Of a DNA stretch of 64,000 bases, positions 32,807-42,567 are shown in pieces. Position numbers and translations under genes: made by a program. This DNA is from Escherichia phage JS10. Where the stretch lies: the sequence record EU863409; one strand, written 5' to 3'. Position 1 is the stretch's first letter. Each line of letters starts with the position of its first letter. Under the pieces are notes generated by a model. The model did no database searches. It saw only the letters and a program-made list of their open reading frames with translations, and had not been told where the DNA came from.

Positions 32807-34789
32807 ATGGCTTTATTATCACCGGGCATTGAGCTCAAAGAAACGTCCGTACAGAGTACTGTCGTTCGTAACGCAACGGGTCGTGCAGCGCTGGTTGGTA
32901 AATTCCAGTGGGGCCCTGCTTTCCAGGTAACTCAGATTACCAATGAAGTTGAACTGGTTGATTTGTTTGGAGGTCCTAATAACGAAGTAGCAGATTACTT
33001 TATGTCTGGTATGAACTTCCTCCAGTATGGTAATGACCTTCGTACAGTTCGTGTCGTTAGTCGCGAATTTGCTAAAAACGCATCTCCTATCGCTGGTAAT
33101 ATTGAAACCACTATTACTACGGCTGGTTCCAACTATGCTGTAGGCGATAAAATTAATATTAAATATAACCAAACTGTAGTCGAATCTGAAGGTCGTGTGA
33201 CTTCTGTAGATACAGACGGTAAAATTCTTTCTGTGTTTATTCCGTCAGCAAAAATTATTGCTTACGCACGTTCTTTAAACCAGTATCCTACCCTAGGCCC
33301 GGCTTGGACTGCTGAAGTTACTTCTGCCTCTTCGGGTGTTTCTGGTACTATTACCGTAGGTAAAATTGTTACGGATTCTGGTATTCTTTTGACCGAAGCC
33401 GAGAATAGTGAAGAAGCTATTACTTCTCTTGAATTCCAAGCGGCCCTTAAGAAATTTGCTATGCCAGGCGTAGTGGCCCTTTATCCTGGTGAAATTGGTT
33501 CTACTCTGGAAGTAGAAATCGTTTCTAAAGCAGCTTATGAAGCTGGTTCTTCTAAAATGTTGGATGTTTATCCTGGCGGCGGTACCCGTGCTTCTATTGC
33601 CAAGGCAGTATTTAATTACGGACCTCAAACAGATGACCAATATGCTATTATCGTTCGTCGTGATGGTGCTATCGTAGAATCCGTCGTACTTTCTACCAAA
33701 GAAGGTGAAAAAGACGTTTACGGTAATAACATTTATCTTGACGATTATTTCGCTAAAGGTACTTCTAATTACATCTATGCTACCTCGTTAAACTGGCCGA
33801 AAGGATTTAGCGGTATCATTAATCTGTCTGGTGGTATTTCCGCTAACGATAAAGTTACTGCAGGTGATTTGATGCAGGGTTGGGATTTGTTTGCTGACCG
33901 TGAAGCACTCCATATTAACCTGCTTATTGCTGGTGCTGTTGCTGGTGAAGGCGATGAAGTGGCTTCTACTGTTCAGAAACACGTTGTGAGTATTGCTGAT
34001 GAACGTCAGGATTGCTTAGCATTTATTTCTCCTCCTAAAGGTCTGTTGGTTAACGTTCCACTGACTCGTGCAGTAGATAACCTTATCGACTGGCGTACCG
34101 GTGCAGGTACTTTCGATGCCAACAACATGAACATCAGTACCACTTATGCCGCTATTGATGGTAACTATAAATATCAATACGACAAATATAACGACGTAAA
34201 CCGTTGGGTACCACTGGCTGCCGATTTGGCTGGTTTGTGTGCACGTACTGATGATGTGTCTCAGCCTTGGATGTCTCCTGCCGGTTATAACCGTGGTCAG
34301 ATTCTTAACGTTCTGAAATTGGCAATTGAACCACGTCAAGCACAACGTGACCGCATGTACCAGGAAGCTATTAACCCAGTTGTTGGTTTTGCTGGTGGTG
34401 ATGGTTTCGTATTGTTTGGTGATAAGACTGCAACTAAAGTTCCATCTCCGATGGACCACATTAACGTTCGCCGTCTGTTCAACATGCTTAAGAAAAATAT
34501 CGGTGATGCCTCTAAATATAAACTGTTTGAATTGAACGATAACTTCACTCGTTCAAGCTTCCGTATGGAAGTTTCTCAGTACTTAGACGGTATTAAGGCA
34601 CTTGGTGGGATTTATGAAGGACGTGTGGTTTGTGATACTACAGTGAACACCCCTGCGGTTATCGACCGTAATGAGTTTATTGCTAATATCTATGTTAAAC
34701 CTGCTCGTTCTATTAACTACATCACGTTGAACTTCGTTGCAACGAGCACTGGTGCTGATTTTGATGAATTGATTGGACCTTTAGTATAA
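32807..34789 (+). CDS. 18: gp18 tail sheath protein
   Basis: 660 aa (T4 about 659). Confidence 0.93.
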   Translation: MALLSPGIELKETSVQSTVVRNATGRAALVGKFQWGPAFQVTQITNEVELVDLFGGPNNEVADYFMSGMNFLQYGNDLRTVRVVSREFAKNASPIAGNIETTITTAGSNYAVGDKINIKYNQTVVESEGRVTSVDTDGKILSVFIPSAKIIAYARSLNQYPTLGPAWTAEVTSASSGVSGTITVGKIVTDSGILLTEAENSEEAITSLEFQAALKKFAMPGVVALYPGEIGSTLEVEIVSKAAYEAGSSKMLDVYPGGGTRASIAKAVFNYGPQTDDQYAIIVRRDGAIVESVVLSTKEGEKDVYGNNIYLDDYFAKGTSNYIYATSLNWPKGFSGIINLSGGISANDKVTAGDLMQGWDLFADREALHINLLIAGAVAGEGDEVASTVQKHVVSIADERQDCLAFISPPKGLLVNVPLTRAVDNLIDWRTGAGTFDANNMNISTTYAAIDGNYKYQYDKYNDVNRWVPLAADLAGLCARTDDVSQPWMSPAGYNRGQILNVLKLAIEPRQAQRDRMYQEAINPVVGFAGGDGFVLFGDKTATKVPSPMDHINVRRLFNMLKKNIGDASKYKLFELNDNFTRSSFRMEVSQYLDGIKALGGIYEGRVVCDTTVNTPAVIDRNEFIANIYVKPARSINYITLNFVATSTGADFDELIGPLV

Positions 34790-34915
34790 TCTATTATCCC
34801 AGGCTGTAATATAAAGAACCTAAAACCATTATACCATGTGTTTGGTTACAGCGTACATCACGTAGAATTGCGCCTGGGAGTGATTAACTATAAGGAATAT
34901 GATTTATCAACTGTT

Positions 34916-34923
34916 ATAAATAA
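34916..34923 (+). promoter_or_regulatory. late promoter box TATAAATA (gene 19)
   Basis: Exact octamer about 40 bp upstream of gp19 ATG. Confidence 0.5.
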
Positions 34924-34962
34924 ATTAATCAGAACGTTCCTGGTGTGGCCAGGAACTGACTT

Positions 34963-35466
34963 ATGAGGCATCCCATGGAGTTGACAGATATCACTCGTGC
35001 GTTTGAGTCAGGTGACTTTGCACGCCCTAACCTTTTCGAAGTGGAAATTCCATTTCTTGGTAAAAACTTTAGCTTTAAATGTAAAGCAGCACCTATGCCG
35101 GCAGGCATTGTAGAAAAAGTACCGGTTGGCTACATGAACCGTAAAATTAACGTAGCTGGCGACCGTACGTTTGATGATTGGACCATTACCATTTATAACG
35201 ATGACGCCCATGACACCCGTCAGGCAATTGTTGATTGGCAAAACCTCTGCCATGGTATGACCAATGAAATTACAGGTGCAGCACCTGCAGAATATAAGAA
35301 ACAAGCAGTTGTTCGTCAGTTCCATCGTGACGGTAAAACTGTGACTAAAGAAGTTACAATTTATGGCTTATGGCCTACTAACGTTGGTGAAGTCCAGATG
35401 GATTGGGATTCTAACAACGAAGTTGAAACGTTTGAAAGTACGTTCGCTATCGATTGGTGGGAATGA
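34963..35466 (+). CDS. 19: gp19 tail tube protein
   Basis: 167 aa (T4 about 163) following gene 18. Confidence 0.9.
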   Translation: MRHPMELTDITRAFESGDFARPNLFEVEIPFLGKNFSFKCKAAPMPAGIVEKVPVGYMNRKINVAGDRTFDDWTITIYNDDAHDTRQAIVDWQNLCHGMTNEITGAAPAEYKKQAVVRQFHRDGKTVTKEVTIYGLWPTNVGEVQMDWDSNNEVETFESTFAIDWWE

Positions 35467-35467
35467 G

Positions 35468-35475
35468 TATAAATA
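35468..35475 (+). promoter_or_regulatory. late promoter box TATAAATA (gene 20)
   Basis: Exact octamer 2 bp after gp19 stop. Confidence 0.55.
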
Positions 35476-35483
35476 GAATTATA

Positions 35484-35501
35484 AAGGAGCTTCGGCTCCT
35501 T
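35484..35501 (+). promoter_or_regulatory. hairpin in gene 20 leader (AAGGAGC-ttcg-GCTCCTT)
   Basis: 7-bp stem with UUCG loop between late promoter box and gp20 start; possible attenuator or stability element. Confidence 0.35.
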
Positions 35502-35523
35502 ATCCCATTCATCGGAGACTCTA

Positions 35524-37101
35524 ATGGCAAACTTTAATACAATATTAAGTTTTCTTAAGCCATGGGCTAATGAAGACGAAAAAGAATATAAACAACAATT
35601 AAATAACAATTTAGAGTCTGTCACTGCACCTAAGCTTGATGATGGCGCTCGCGAAATTGAAACCCAAGAGCAAAATATTCCTTATAACGCTCTTATGCAA
35701 CAAATGTTTGGTAGTAATGAGCCTGAAGTTAAAAACACCAGGGAACTCATTGATACCTACCGTAATTTGATGAACAACTATGAAGTCGATAACGCAGTTC
35801 AAGAAATTGTGTCTGACGCTATTGTCTACGAGGATGATAAAGAAGTAGTTGCATTAAATTTAGACGGGACAGATTTCAGTCAATCAATTAAAGATAAAAT
35901 TTTGGCTGAATTTAGTGAAGTTTTGAATCTTTTAAATTTCCAACGTAAAGGCACCGACCATTTCCAACGTTGGTATGTAGACTCGAGAATATTCTTTCAT
36001 AAAATTATAAACCCTAAAAAAATGAAAGATGGCGTACAAGAGCTTCGACGCTTAGACCCGCGCCAAGTCCAATATATTCGTGAAATTGTTACACGTATGG
36101 AAGATGGTGTTAAAATTGTAGATGGGTACCGCGAGTTTTTCGTTTACGATACTGGTCATGAAAGTTATTGTGCTGATGGACGCATTTATTCAGCTGGGAC
36201 TAAAGTTAAAATTCCTCGTGCTGCTGTAGTTTATGCACATTCTGGGTTATTGGATTGTTGTGGTAAAAACATCATTGGCTATTTGCAACGTGCTATTAAG
36301 CCTGCAAACCAGCTTAAATTGATGGAAGATGCAATGGTCATCTATCGTATTACCCGTGCTCCTGACCGTCGTGTATTTTATATCGATACAGGAAATATGC
36401 CTTCTCGTAAGGCTGCAGCACAAATGCAACATATCATGAACACGATGAAAAACCGTGTGGTATATGATGCTTCGACCGGTAAAATTAAAAACCAGCAACA
36501 TAATATGTCAATGACCGAAGACTATTGGTTGCAACGTCGAGACGGTAAAGCGGTAACAGAAGTTGATACCATGCCTGGTGCCACAGGTATGAGTGATATG
36601 GATGACGTTCTTTATTTCCGCACAGCACTTTATCGTGCGCTGCGTATCCCAGAGTCACGTATCCCTAGTGAATCCAATTCCGGTGTTATGTTTGATGCTG
36701 GTACGGCTATAACTCGTGATGAGTTGAAATTTGCTAAATGGATTCGACAGCTCCAAAATAAATTTGAAGAAATTTTCTTAGACCCATTAAAAACAAACCT
36801 CATTCTTAAAAAGATTATTACAGAAGATGAGTGGGAAAGAGAAATAAATAATATTAAAGTTACGTTCAACCGTGATAGCTATTTCAGTGAAATGAAAGAT
36901 GCGGAAATCATGGAACGCAGAATCAATATGCTAACGATGGCTGAACCATTTATTGGTAAGTATATTTCACATCAAACGGCTATGAAAGATTTCCTTCAGA
37001 TGACTGACGAAGAAATTAATCAAGAAGCTAAGCAAATTGAAGAAGAGTCTAAAGAGGCTCGTTTCCAAAACCCAGATGAAGAAGAAGAAGAGGATTTCTA
37101 A
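35524..37101 (+). CDS. 20: gp20 portal vertex protein
   Basis: 525 aa (T4 about 524) between tail tube and prohead core genes. Confidence 0.93.
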   Translation: MANFNTILSFLKPWANEDEKEYKQQLNNNLESVTAPKLDDGAREIETQEQNIPYNALMQQMFGSNEPEVKNTRELIDTYRNLMNNYEVDNAVQEIVSDAIVYEDDKEVVALNLDGTDFSQSIKDKILAEFSEVLNLLNFQRKGTDHFQRWYVDSRIFFHKIINPKKMKDGVQELRRLDPRQVQYIREIVTRMEDGVKIVDGYREFFVYDTGHESYCADGRIYSAGTKVKIPRAAVVYAHSGLLDCCGKNIIGYLQRAIKPANQLKLMEDAMVIYRITRAPDRRVFYIDTGNMPSRKAAAQMQHIMNTMKNRVVYDASTGKIKNQQHNMSMTEDYWLQRRDGKAVTEVDTMPGATGMSDMDDVLYFRTALYRALRIPESRIPSESNSGVMFDAGTAITRDELKFAKWIRQLQNKFEEIFLDPLKTNLILKKIITEDEWEREINNIKVTFNRDSYFSEMKDAEIMERRINMLTMAEPFIGKYISHQTAMKDFLQMTDEEINQEAKQIEEESKEARFQNPDEEEEEDF

Positions 37102-37376
37102 TGGAAGATTTAATCGAAGCTATTAAATCAAACGACCTCGTAGCAGTTCGTAAAGCAGCAGGCCCGCTTATCGAATCTCGAGTAGCCGCTTTGATTGAAG
37201 CCCGTAAAGCAGAAATTGCTCGCTCCGTTATGATTGAAGGCGAAGAAGCCGATAAAGATGACGAAGACGAAGATAAAGACGAAAAATCCGATAAAGCAGA
37301 TAAGAAAGACAAAAAAGAATCTGACGATGCGGATGAAGGTGATGACGACGATGATGACGACGAGGACGACGAATAA
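37101..37376 (+). CDS. 67: gp67 prohead core protein
   Basis: 91 aa with extremely acidic C-terminal half, after gene 20. Confidence 0.8.
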   Translation: MEDLIEAIKSNDLVAVRKAAGPLIESRVAALIEARKAEIARSVMIEGEEADKDDEDEDKDEKSDKADKKDKKESDDADEGDDDDDDDEDDE

Positions 37377-37804
37377 TGTTCCTTATCCCTGATGATTACG
37401 AATTAACTCTAGAAAGCGTAGAGGCCAAAATTCCAGAAGCACAGGGACGTTTTGCTACTCTTTCTGAAGCCCTCGAGAAAAGCGATATAAATAATCTTGT
37501 AGAGAACATGATTGCTGATGGTGATATCGATACAGCTATTGCCATTGCCTCTTTGAATGAAAATATGGCTCTTAACGAATTTATCGTTAAGCATGTCTCT
37601 TCTAAAGGTGAGCTTACTCGTACTAAAGATATTAAAACCCGTCAACGCAACGCTTATCAAACGACTGGGTTGTCTAAAGCAAAACGCCGTCAGATTGCTC
37701 GCAAAGCGTCTAAAACCAAACGTGCTAACCCGTCTACTCAAGTACGTGCTGAACGTAAGCGTAAGAAAGCTCGTTCTAAACGTAAAGCCTTTGGACTTAA
37801 CTAA
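37376..37804 (+). CDS. 68: gp68 prohead core protein
   Basis: 142 aa (T4 about 141). Confidence 0.8.
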   Translation: MFLIPDDYELTLESVEAKIPEAQGRFATLSEALEKSDINNLVENMIADGDIDTAIAIASLNENMALNEFIVKHVSSKGELTRTKDIKTRQRNAYQTTGLSKAKRRQIARKASKTKRANPSTQVRAERKRKKARSKRKAFGLN

Positions 37805-38439
37805 TGAAACCTGAATTGCTCATCGAACATTGGGGACAACCAGGTGAAATTATCGATGGGGTTCCGATGTTGGAATCTCATGATGGAAAAGATTCTGGAC
37901 TTGCCCCGGGCCTTTATATAGAAGGCATATTCATGCAAGCCGAAGTGGTTAACCGTAATAAACGCCTTTATCCAAAACCTATTTTGGAAAAAGCTGTTGC
38001 TGATTATATGGCAGAACAGGTTGCTACTAAACAAGCTTTAGGAGAATTAAATCATCCGCCTCGTGCTAACGTCGACCCTATGCAAGCCGCTATTATTATT
38101 GAAGATATGTGGTGGAAAGGTAATGACGTTTATGGACGTGCTCGTATTATTGAAGGCGACCATGGTCCTGGTGATAAACTAGCTGCTAATATTAGAGCCG
38201 GTTGGGTGCCTGGTGTTAGTTCTCGTGGTCTAGGTTCTTTAACCGAAACCAATAAAGGATATAAGCGTGTAAACGAAGGTTATAAATTAACCGTCGGTGT
38301 TGATGCAGTATGGGGTCCATCTGCTCCTGATGCTTATGTAACTCCTAAACAAATTACAGAATCACAAACGGTAGATACCGATACCAGTGCCGATGACGCC
38401 TTTATGGCTCTCGCAGAGGCCATGAAAAAAGCGTTATAA
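37804..38439 (+). CDS. 21: gp21 prohead core scaffold protein and protease
   Basis: 211 aa (T4 about 212) before gene 22. Confidence 0.9.
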   Translation: MKPELLIEHWGQPGEIIDGVPMLESHDGKDSGLAPGLYIEGIFMQAEVVNRNKRLYPKPILEKAVADYMAEQVATKQALGELNHPPRANVDPMQAAIIIEDMWWKGNDVYGRARIIEGDHGPGDKLAANIRAGWVPGVSSRGLGSLTETNKGYKRVNEGYKLTVGVDAVWGPSAPDAYVTPKQITESQTVDTDTSADDAFMALAEAMKKAL

Positions 38440-38442
38440 ATA
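38435..38442 (+). promoter_or_regulatory. late promoter box TATAAATA (gene 22)
   Basis: Exact octamer 28 bp upstream of gp22 ATG. Confidence 0.6.
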
Positions 38443-38469
38443 TTATTATCTAAACAACAGGACTACAAA

Positions 38470-39285
38470 ATGCTTAAAGAACAACTGATTGCCGAAGCAC
38501 AGAATATTGATGCTTCCGTTGCTCTTGACAGTATTTTCGAATCAGTTAATATTTCTCCGGAAGCAAAAGAAACTTTCGGCACTGTATTCGAAGCTACCGT
38601 CAAGCAACACGCCGTTAAACTGGCTGAGTCTCATATCGCTAAAATCGCTGAAAAAGCGGAAGAAGAAGTTGAGAAAAATAAAGAAGAAGCTGAAGAAAAA
38701 GCTGATAAGAAAATCCAAGAAGCTGCCGGTCGTTTCCTTGACCACGTCGCTAAAGAATGGATGGCTGAAAACCAGCTGGCTGTTGATAAAGGTATTAAAG
38801 CCGAACTGTTCGAATCCATGTTGATGGGTATGAAAGAACTGTTTGTTGAACACAATGTGGTTGTTCCAGAAGAAGCAGTGGATGTTGTTGCTGAAATGGA
38901 AGAAGAACTCCAAGAGCAGAAAGATGAAACCGCTCGTCTGTTCGAAGAAGTTGGTAAGCGTGACGCATATATTAATTACGTACAGCGTGAAGTTGCGTTG
39001 ACTGAAGCAACTAAAGACCTGACTGAATCTCAGAAAGAAAAAGTTAGTTCTCTGGTAGAAGGCATGGATTATTCCGATGCATTTGGTAAAAAAATTGGCG
39101 CTATCGTTGAAATGGTTAAAGGCCAGACTGACGTTGAAAAACCAATCACCGAAGCCGCTATAAATAAAACTGAAGACGATGCTGCAGCACTGAATTATAT
39201 TTCGGAAGCAGTTGAAGAAAAAGGCACTAAGCCTACCCTGTCCTTCGCGGACCTGTCTGCAATCGCAGCATCTCGAATTTCTTAA
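38470..39285 (+). CDS. 22: gp22 prohead core scaffold protein
   Basis: 271 aa acidic helical protein (T4 about 269). Confidence 0.9.
   Translation: MLKEQLIAEAQNIDASVALDSIFESVNISPEAKETFGTVFEATVKQHAVKLAESHIAKIAEKAEEEVEKNKEEAEEKADKKIQEAAGRFLDHVAKEWMAENQLAVDKGIKAELFESMLMGMKELFVEHNVVVPEEAVDVVAEMEEELQEQKDETARLFEEVGKRDAYINYVQREVALTEATKDLTESQKEKVSSLVEGMDYSDAFGKKIGAIVEMVKGQTDVEKPITEAAINKTEDDAAALNYISEAVEEKGTKPTLSFADLSAIAASRIS
39159..39166 (+). promoter_or_regulatory. late promoter box TATAAATA (candidate gene 23 promoter inside gene 22)
   Basis: Exact octamer about 140 bp upstream of gp23 ATG; none closer. Confidence 0.4.
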
Positions 39286-39306
39286 TTTAATAAGGTTATA
39301 CAACAC

Positions 39307-40866
39307 ATGAAAAAGAATGCATTAGTTCAAAAATGGTCCGCTCTGCTGGAAAACGAAGCTCTTCCTGAAATCGTTGGTGCTTCTAAACAAGCTATCATCG
39401 CTAAAATTTTCGAAAACCAGGAACAAGACATCCTGACTGCCCCGGAATACCGTGACGAAAAAATCTCTGAAGCATTTGGTTCTTTCCTGACCGAAGCTGA
39501 AATCGGTGGTGACCACGGTTATGATGCTACCAATATCGCAGCTGGCCAGACCTCTGGTGCTGTAACTCAGATTGGGCCGGCAGTAATGGGTATGGTTCGT
39601 CGTGCTATTCCTCATCTGATTGCTTTTGATATTTGTGGTGTTCAGCCTCTGAATAACCCTACCGGCCAGGTATTTGCACTGCGTGCAGTATACGGTAAAG
39701 ACCCTATCGCTGCTGGCGCTAAAGAAGCTTTCCACCCGATGTATGCTCCGAATGCTATGTTCTCTGGTCAGGGCGCTGCTCAGACTTTTGAAGCACTGGC
39801 TGCAGGTAAAGTTCTGGAAGTTGGTAAAATTTATTCTCACTTCTTCGAAGCTACCGGTGCTGCACACTTCCAGGCTGTTGAAGCCGTAACCGTTGATGCT
39901 GCTGCTACTGATGCCGCTAAACTGGATGTTGCCGTAACCGCTCTGTTGGAAGCTGGTCAGCTGGCTGAATTGGCTGAAGGTATGGCTACTTCTATCGCTG
40001 AACTTCAGGAAGGCTTTAACGGTTCTCAGGATAACCCGTGGAACGAAATGGGCTTCCGTATCGATAAACAAGTTATCGAAGCTAAATCCCGTCAGCTGAA
40101 AGCAAGCTACTCCATCGAACTGGCACAGGACCTTCGTGCAGTACACGGTATGGATGCAGATGCTGAACTGTCCGGTATCCTTGCTACCGAAATTATGCTC
40201 GAAATCAACCGTGAAGTTATCGATTGGATTAACTACTCTGCACAGGTTGGTAAATCTGGTATGACCAACACCGTTGGCGCTAAAGCTGGTGTGTTTGACT
40301 TCCAGGACCCGATTGATATCCGTGGTGCTCGTTGGGCCGGTGAGAGCTTTAAAGCCCTTCTGTTCCAGATTGATAAAGAAGCAGCCGAAATCGCTCGTCA
40401 GACCGGTCGTGGTGCTGGTAACTTCATCATCGCTTCCCGTAACGTAGTTAACGTACTGGCTGCAGTTGATACTTCTGTAAGTTATGCAGCTCAAGGTCTG
40501 GGTCAAGGTTTCAACGTTGACACCACTAAAGCAGTATTTGCCGGTGTTCTTGGTGGTAAATATCGCGTTTACATCGACCAGTATGCCCGTGCTGATTACT
40601 TCACCATCGGTTATAAAGGTTCCAACGAAATGGACGCAGGTATCTACTACGCTCCTTACGTTGCACTTACCCCACTGCGCGGTTCCGATCCGAAGAACTT
40701 CCAGCCGGTAATGGGCTTCAAAACTCGTTACGGTATCGGTATTAACCCGTTCGCTGACCCGTCTGCACAGGCTCCTACCAAACGTATTCAGAGCGGTATG
40801 CCTGACATCGTTAACAGCCTCGGTCTGAATGGTTACTTCCGTCGCGTTTATGTTAAAGGTATCTAA
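39307..40866 (+). CDS. 23: gp23 major capsid protein
   Basis: 519 aa (T4 about 521); paralogous to downstream gp24 copies. Confidence 0.97.
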   Translation: MKKNALVQKWSALLENEALPEIVGASKQAIIAKIFENQEQDILTAPEYRDEKISEAFGSFLTEAEIGGDHGYDATNIAAGQTSGAVTQIGPAVMGMVRRAIPHLIAFDICGVQPLNNPTGQVFALRAVYGKDPIAAGAKEAFHPMYAPNAMFSGQGAAQTFEALAAGKVLEVGKIYSHFFEATGAAHFQAVEAVTVDAAATDAAKLDVAVTALLEAGQLAELAEGMATSIAELQEGFNGSQDNPWNEMGFRIDKQVIEAKSRQLKASYSIELAQDLRAVHGMDADAELSGILATEIMLEINREVIDWINYSAQVGKSGMTNTVGAKAGVFDFQDPIDIRGARWAGESFKALLFQIDKEAAEIARQTGRGAGNFIIASRNVVNVLAAVDTSVSYAAQGLGQGFNVDTTKAVFAGVLGGKYRVYIDQYARADYFTIGYKGSNEMDAGIYYAPYVALTPLRGSDPKNFQPVMGFKTRYGIGINPFADPSAQAPTKRIQSGMPDIVNSLGLNGYFRRVYVKGI

Positions 40867-40882
40867 TACCTAACCTTATTAT

Positions 40883-40900
40883 GGGAGACTTCGGTCTCCC
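40883..40900 (+). terminator. hairpin GGGAGAC-UUCG-GUCUCCC after gene 23
   Basis: Perfect 7-bp stem with UUCG loop then T-rich tail; also flanks stop of the minus-strand gene at 40916. Confidence 0.6.
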
Positions 40901-40915
40901 ATTCTTGTTTCTGTA

Positions 40916-41182
40916 CTATGCAATCTTAACTCGACGGTTGATGATATCACGGAAGTCAATACGATTTTCTTGGATTTTCAGCCAGTTACCAGATTTGTCT
41001 TTGGTGTGGGTAGAGTATTCACCGTTCCACCAGAAGTCGGTTTCATAAGCCAGAGCTTCGTATTTCTTAACCAATGCATTAACTGCATTACCGTTAGGAT
41101 TGGTACCAAATTTTTCTACCAGAGCTTTGATGTCTTTGTCAAGGTTAGAAAGCGTGGTACGGATAAAGTTTAATTTGTTCAT
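40916..41182 (-). CDS. hypothetical protein, antisense gene between 23 and 24
   Basis: ORF on opposite strand with own early-type promoter and AGGAG SD at Met 41182 (track ORF starts 41197). Confidence 0.5.
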   Translation of the reverse strand: MNKLNFIRTTLSNLDKDIKALVEKFGTNPNGNAVNALVKKYEALAYETDFWWNGEYSTHTKDKSGNWLKIQENRIDFRDIINRRVKIA

Positions 41183-41211
41183 TTTTAATCTCCTCATGTT
41201 TTGATAGGTCT

Positions 41212-41241
41212 ATAGTAACACGTGGGAACCTTGCTGTAAAC
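41212..41241 (-). promoter_or_regulatory. early-type promoter GTTTACA-N18-TACTAT with conserved downstream element
   Basis: Minus strand GTTTACA...TACTATAGACCTATCAAAAC immediately upstream of 40916-41182. Confidence 0.45.
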
Positions 41242-41247
41242 AACTTT

Positions 41248-41255
41248 TATAAATA
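41248..41255 (+). promoter_or_regulatory. late promoter box TATAAATA (gene 24)
   Basis: Exact octamer 29 bp upstream of gp24 ATG. Confidence 0.6.
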
Positions 41256-41283
41256 AACATATACCCTCAATAAGGAAAGCGCA

Positions 41284-42567
41284 ATGGCAAAGATTAACGA
41301 ATTACTGCGCGAGTCAACAACTACTACCAGCAACTCATTGGGTCGCCCTAATCTTGTTGCTTTGACCCGTGCTACCACTAAACTAATTTATCGCGATATC
41401 ATCGCTGAACAACGTACTAGTCAGCCTATTGCTGCATTGTATGGTGTCAAATATCTTACCCCTGATAATGAATTCAGTTTCCAAACTGGTGCTGTTTATG
41501 GTGGTGAAGTTGGTTCTAAAGACCGTGAAACTATCCCGGAACTCACAGATAAAGCCCAGGCGATTGCCAAGGGTGACTACTTTAAGTATCAGAATGTGGT
41601 TTATAAGGCTCTTCAAGCAAGCCCACTCGCATCCACTAGCGCTACAGGATTGGCCGATGCTCTTCAAGAAGGTTTGGTGTCATTAACATGTCGTCTGGTT
41701 CCTGATGCAGCCCATACCACTAAATTCGAAGCGAGTAATGTAGAAATCTCTGATGCTGTATTCCAGGTTAATAAATGGAATGCTCCTGTTAAGACCCGTA
41801 AATTGAAGACTGCTTTGACTGTAGAATTGGCACAGGATATGGAATCAAATGGCTTCGACGCCCCTGCATTCTTAGAAGACCTCCTGGCTACAGTAATGGC
41901 AGATGAAATTAATAAAGACGTTCTGCAATCTCTGATAACCGTATCTAAACGCTATAAAGTTACCGGTGTATCTGATAATGGCATCATCGATTTGACTTAT
42001 GATAGTGCTCCGGAATCTGCCCGTAAACTTTATGAAATTGTCTGTGAGATGAATTCTGAAATCCAGAAAACTACTTCTTATTCTGGTACGTTTGTTGTGG
42101 CTTCAAGTCGTGTGGCTGCAATGCTTGCAGGTTCTGGCTGGTTAAAACATAGACCTGAAGATAATAATTGGCTCCCGGAAACTGCCTATGGTTATTTGTT
42201 GAATGGATTACCACTGTTCTGTGACGTTAACAGCCCATTGGATTATGTTATCGTAGGTGTTAAAGAGAACTATGGTGGTAATGAAGTTGTCGGTTCTATT
42301 TTCTATGCCCCATATACAGAAGGCCTGGATTTAGACGACCCAGAACACGTTGGTGCTTATAAGGTTATTGTCGACCCGGATTCATTACAGCCTTCTATTT
42401 CTCTGATGGTTCGTTATGCACTTTCGGCTAACCCATACACCGTAGCTAAAGACGACAAAGAAGCTCGTATTATCGACGCAACCAATATGGATTTAATGGC
42501 GGGCCAGAGTAATATGTCTTATCTGCTTGGTGTTAAACTTCCAGCAATTATTTACGAGGCTGATTAA
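41284..42567 (+). CDS. 24: gp24 capsid vertex protein, copy A
   Basis: 427 aa (T4 about 427), gp23-like fold protein downstream of 23. Confidence 0.9.
   Translation: MAKINELLRESTTTTSNSLGRPNLVALTRATTKLIYRDIIAEQRTSQPIAALYGVKYLTPDNEFSFQTGAVYGGEVGSKDRETIPELTDKAQAIAKGDYFKYQNVVYKALQASPLASTSATGLADALQEGLVSLTCRLVPDAAHTTKFEASNVEISDAVFQVNKWNAPVKTRKLKTALTVELAQDMESNGFDAPAFLEDLLATVMADEINKDVLQSLITVSKRYKVTGVSDNGIIDLTYDSAPESARKLYEIVCEMNSEIQKTTSYSGTFVVASSRVAAMLAGSGWLKHRPEDNNWLPETAYGYLLNGLPLFCDVNSPLDYVIVGVKENYGGNEVVGSIFYAPYTEGLDLDDPEHVGAYKVIVDPDSLQPSISLMVRYALSANPYTVAKDDKEARIIDATNMDLMAGQSNMSYLLGVKLPAIIYEAD

Noticed and set aside
38542-39306. 254-aa minus-strand ORF and 111-aa plus-strand alternate-frame ORF within gene 22
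   Set aside because: Low-complexity (Phe/Ser- or Lys-rich) translations of the scaffold gene's repetitive codons; no independent signals.
39322-40506. 394-aa minus-strand ORF antisense to gene 23
   Set aside because: Fully contained in the major capsid protein gene, whose forward frame matches T4 gp23; antisense artefact.
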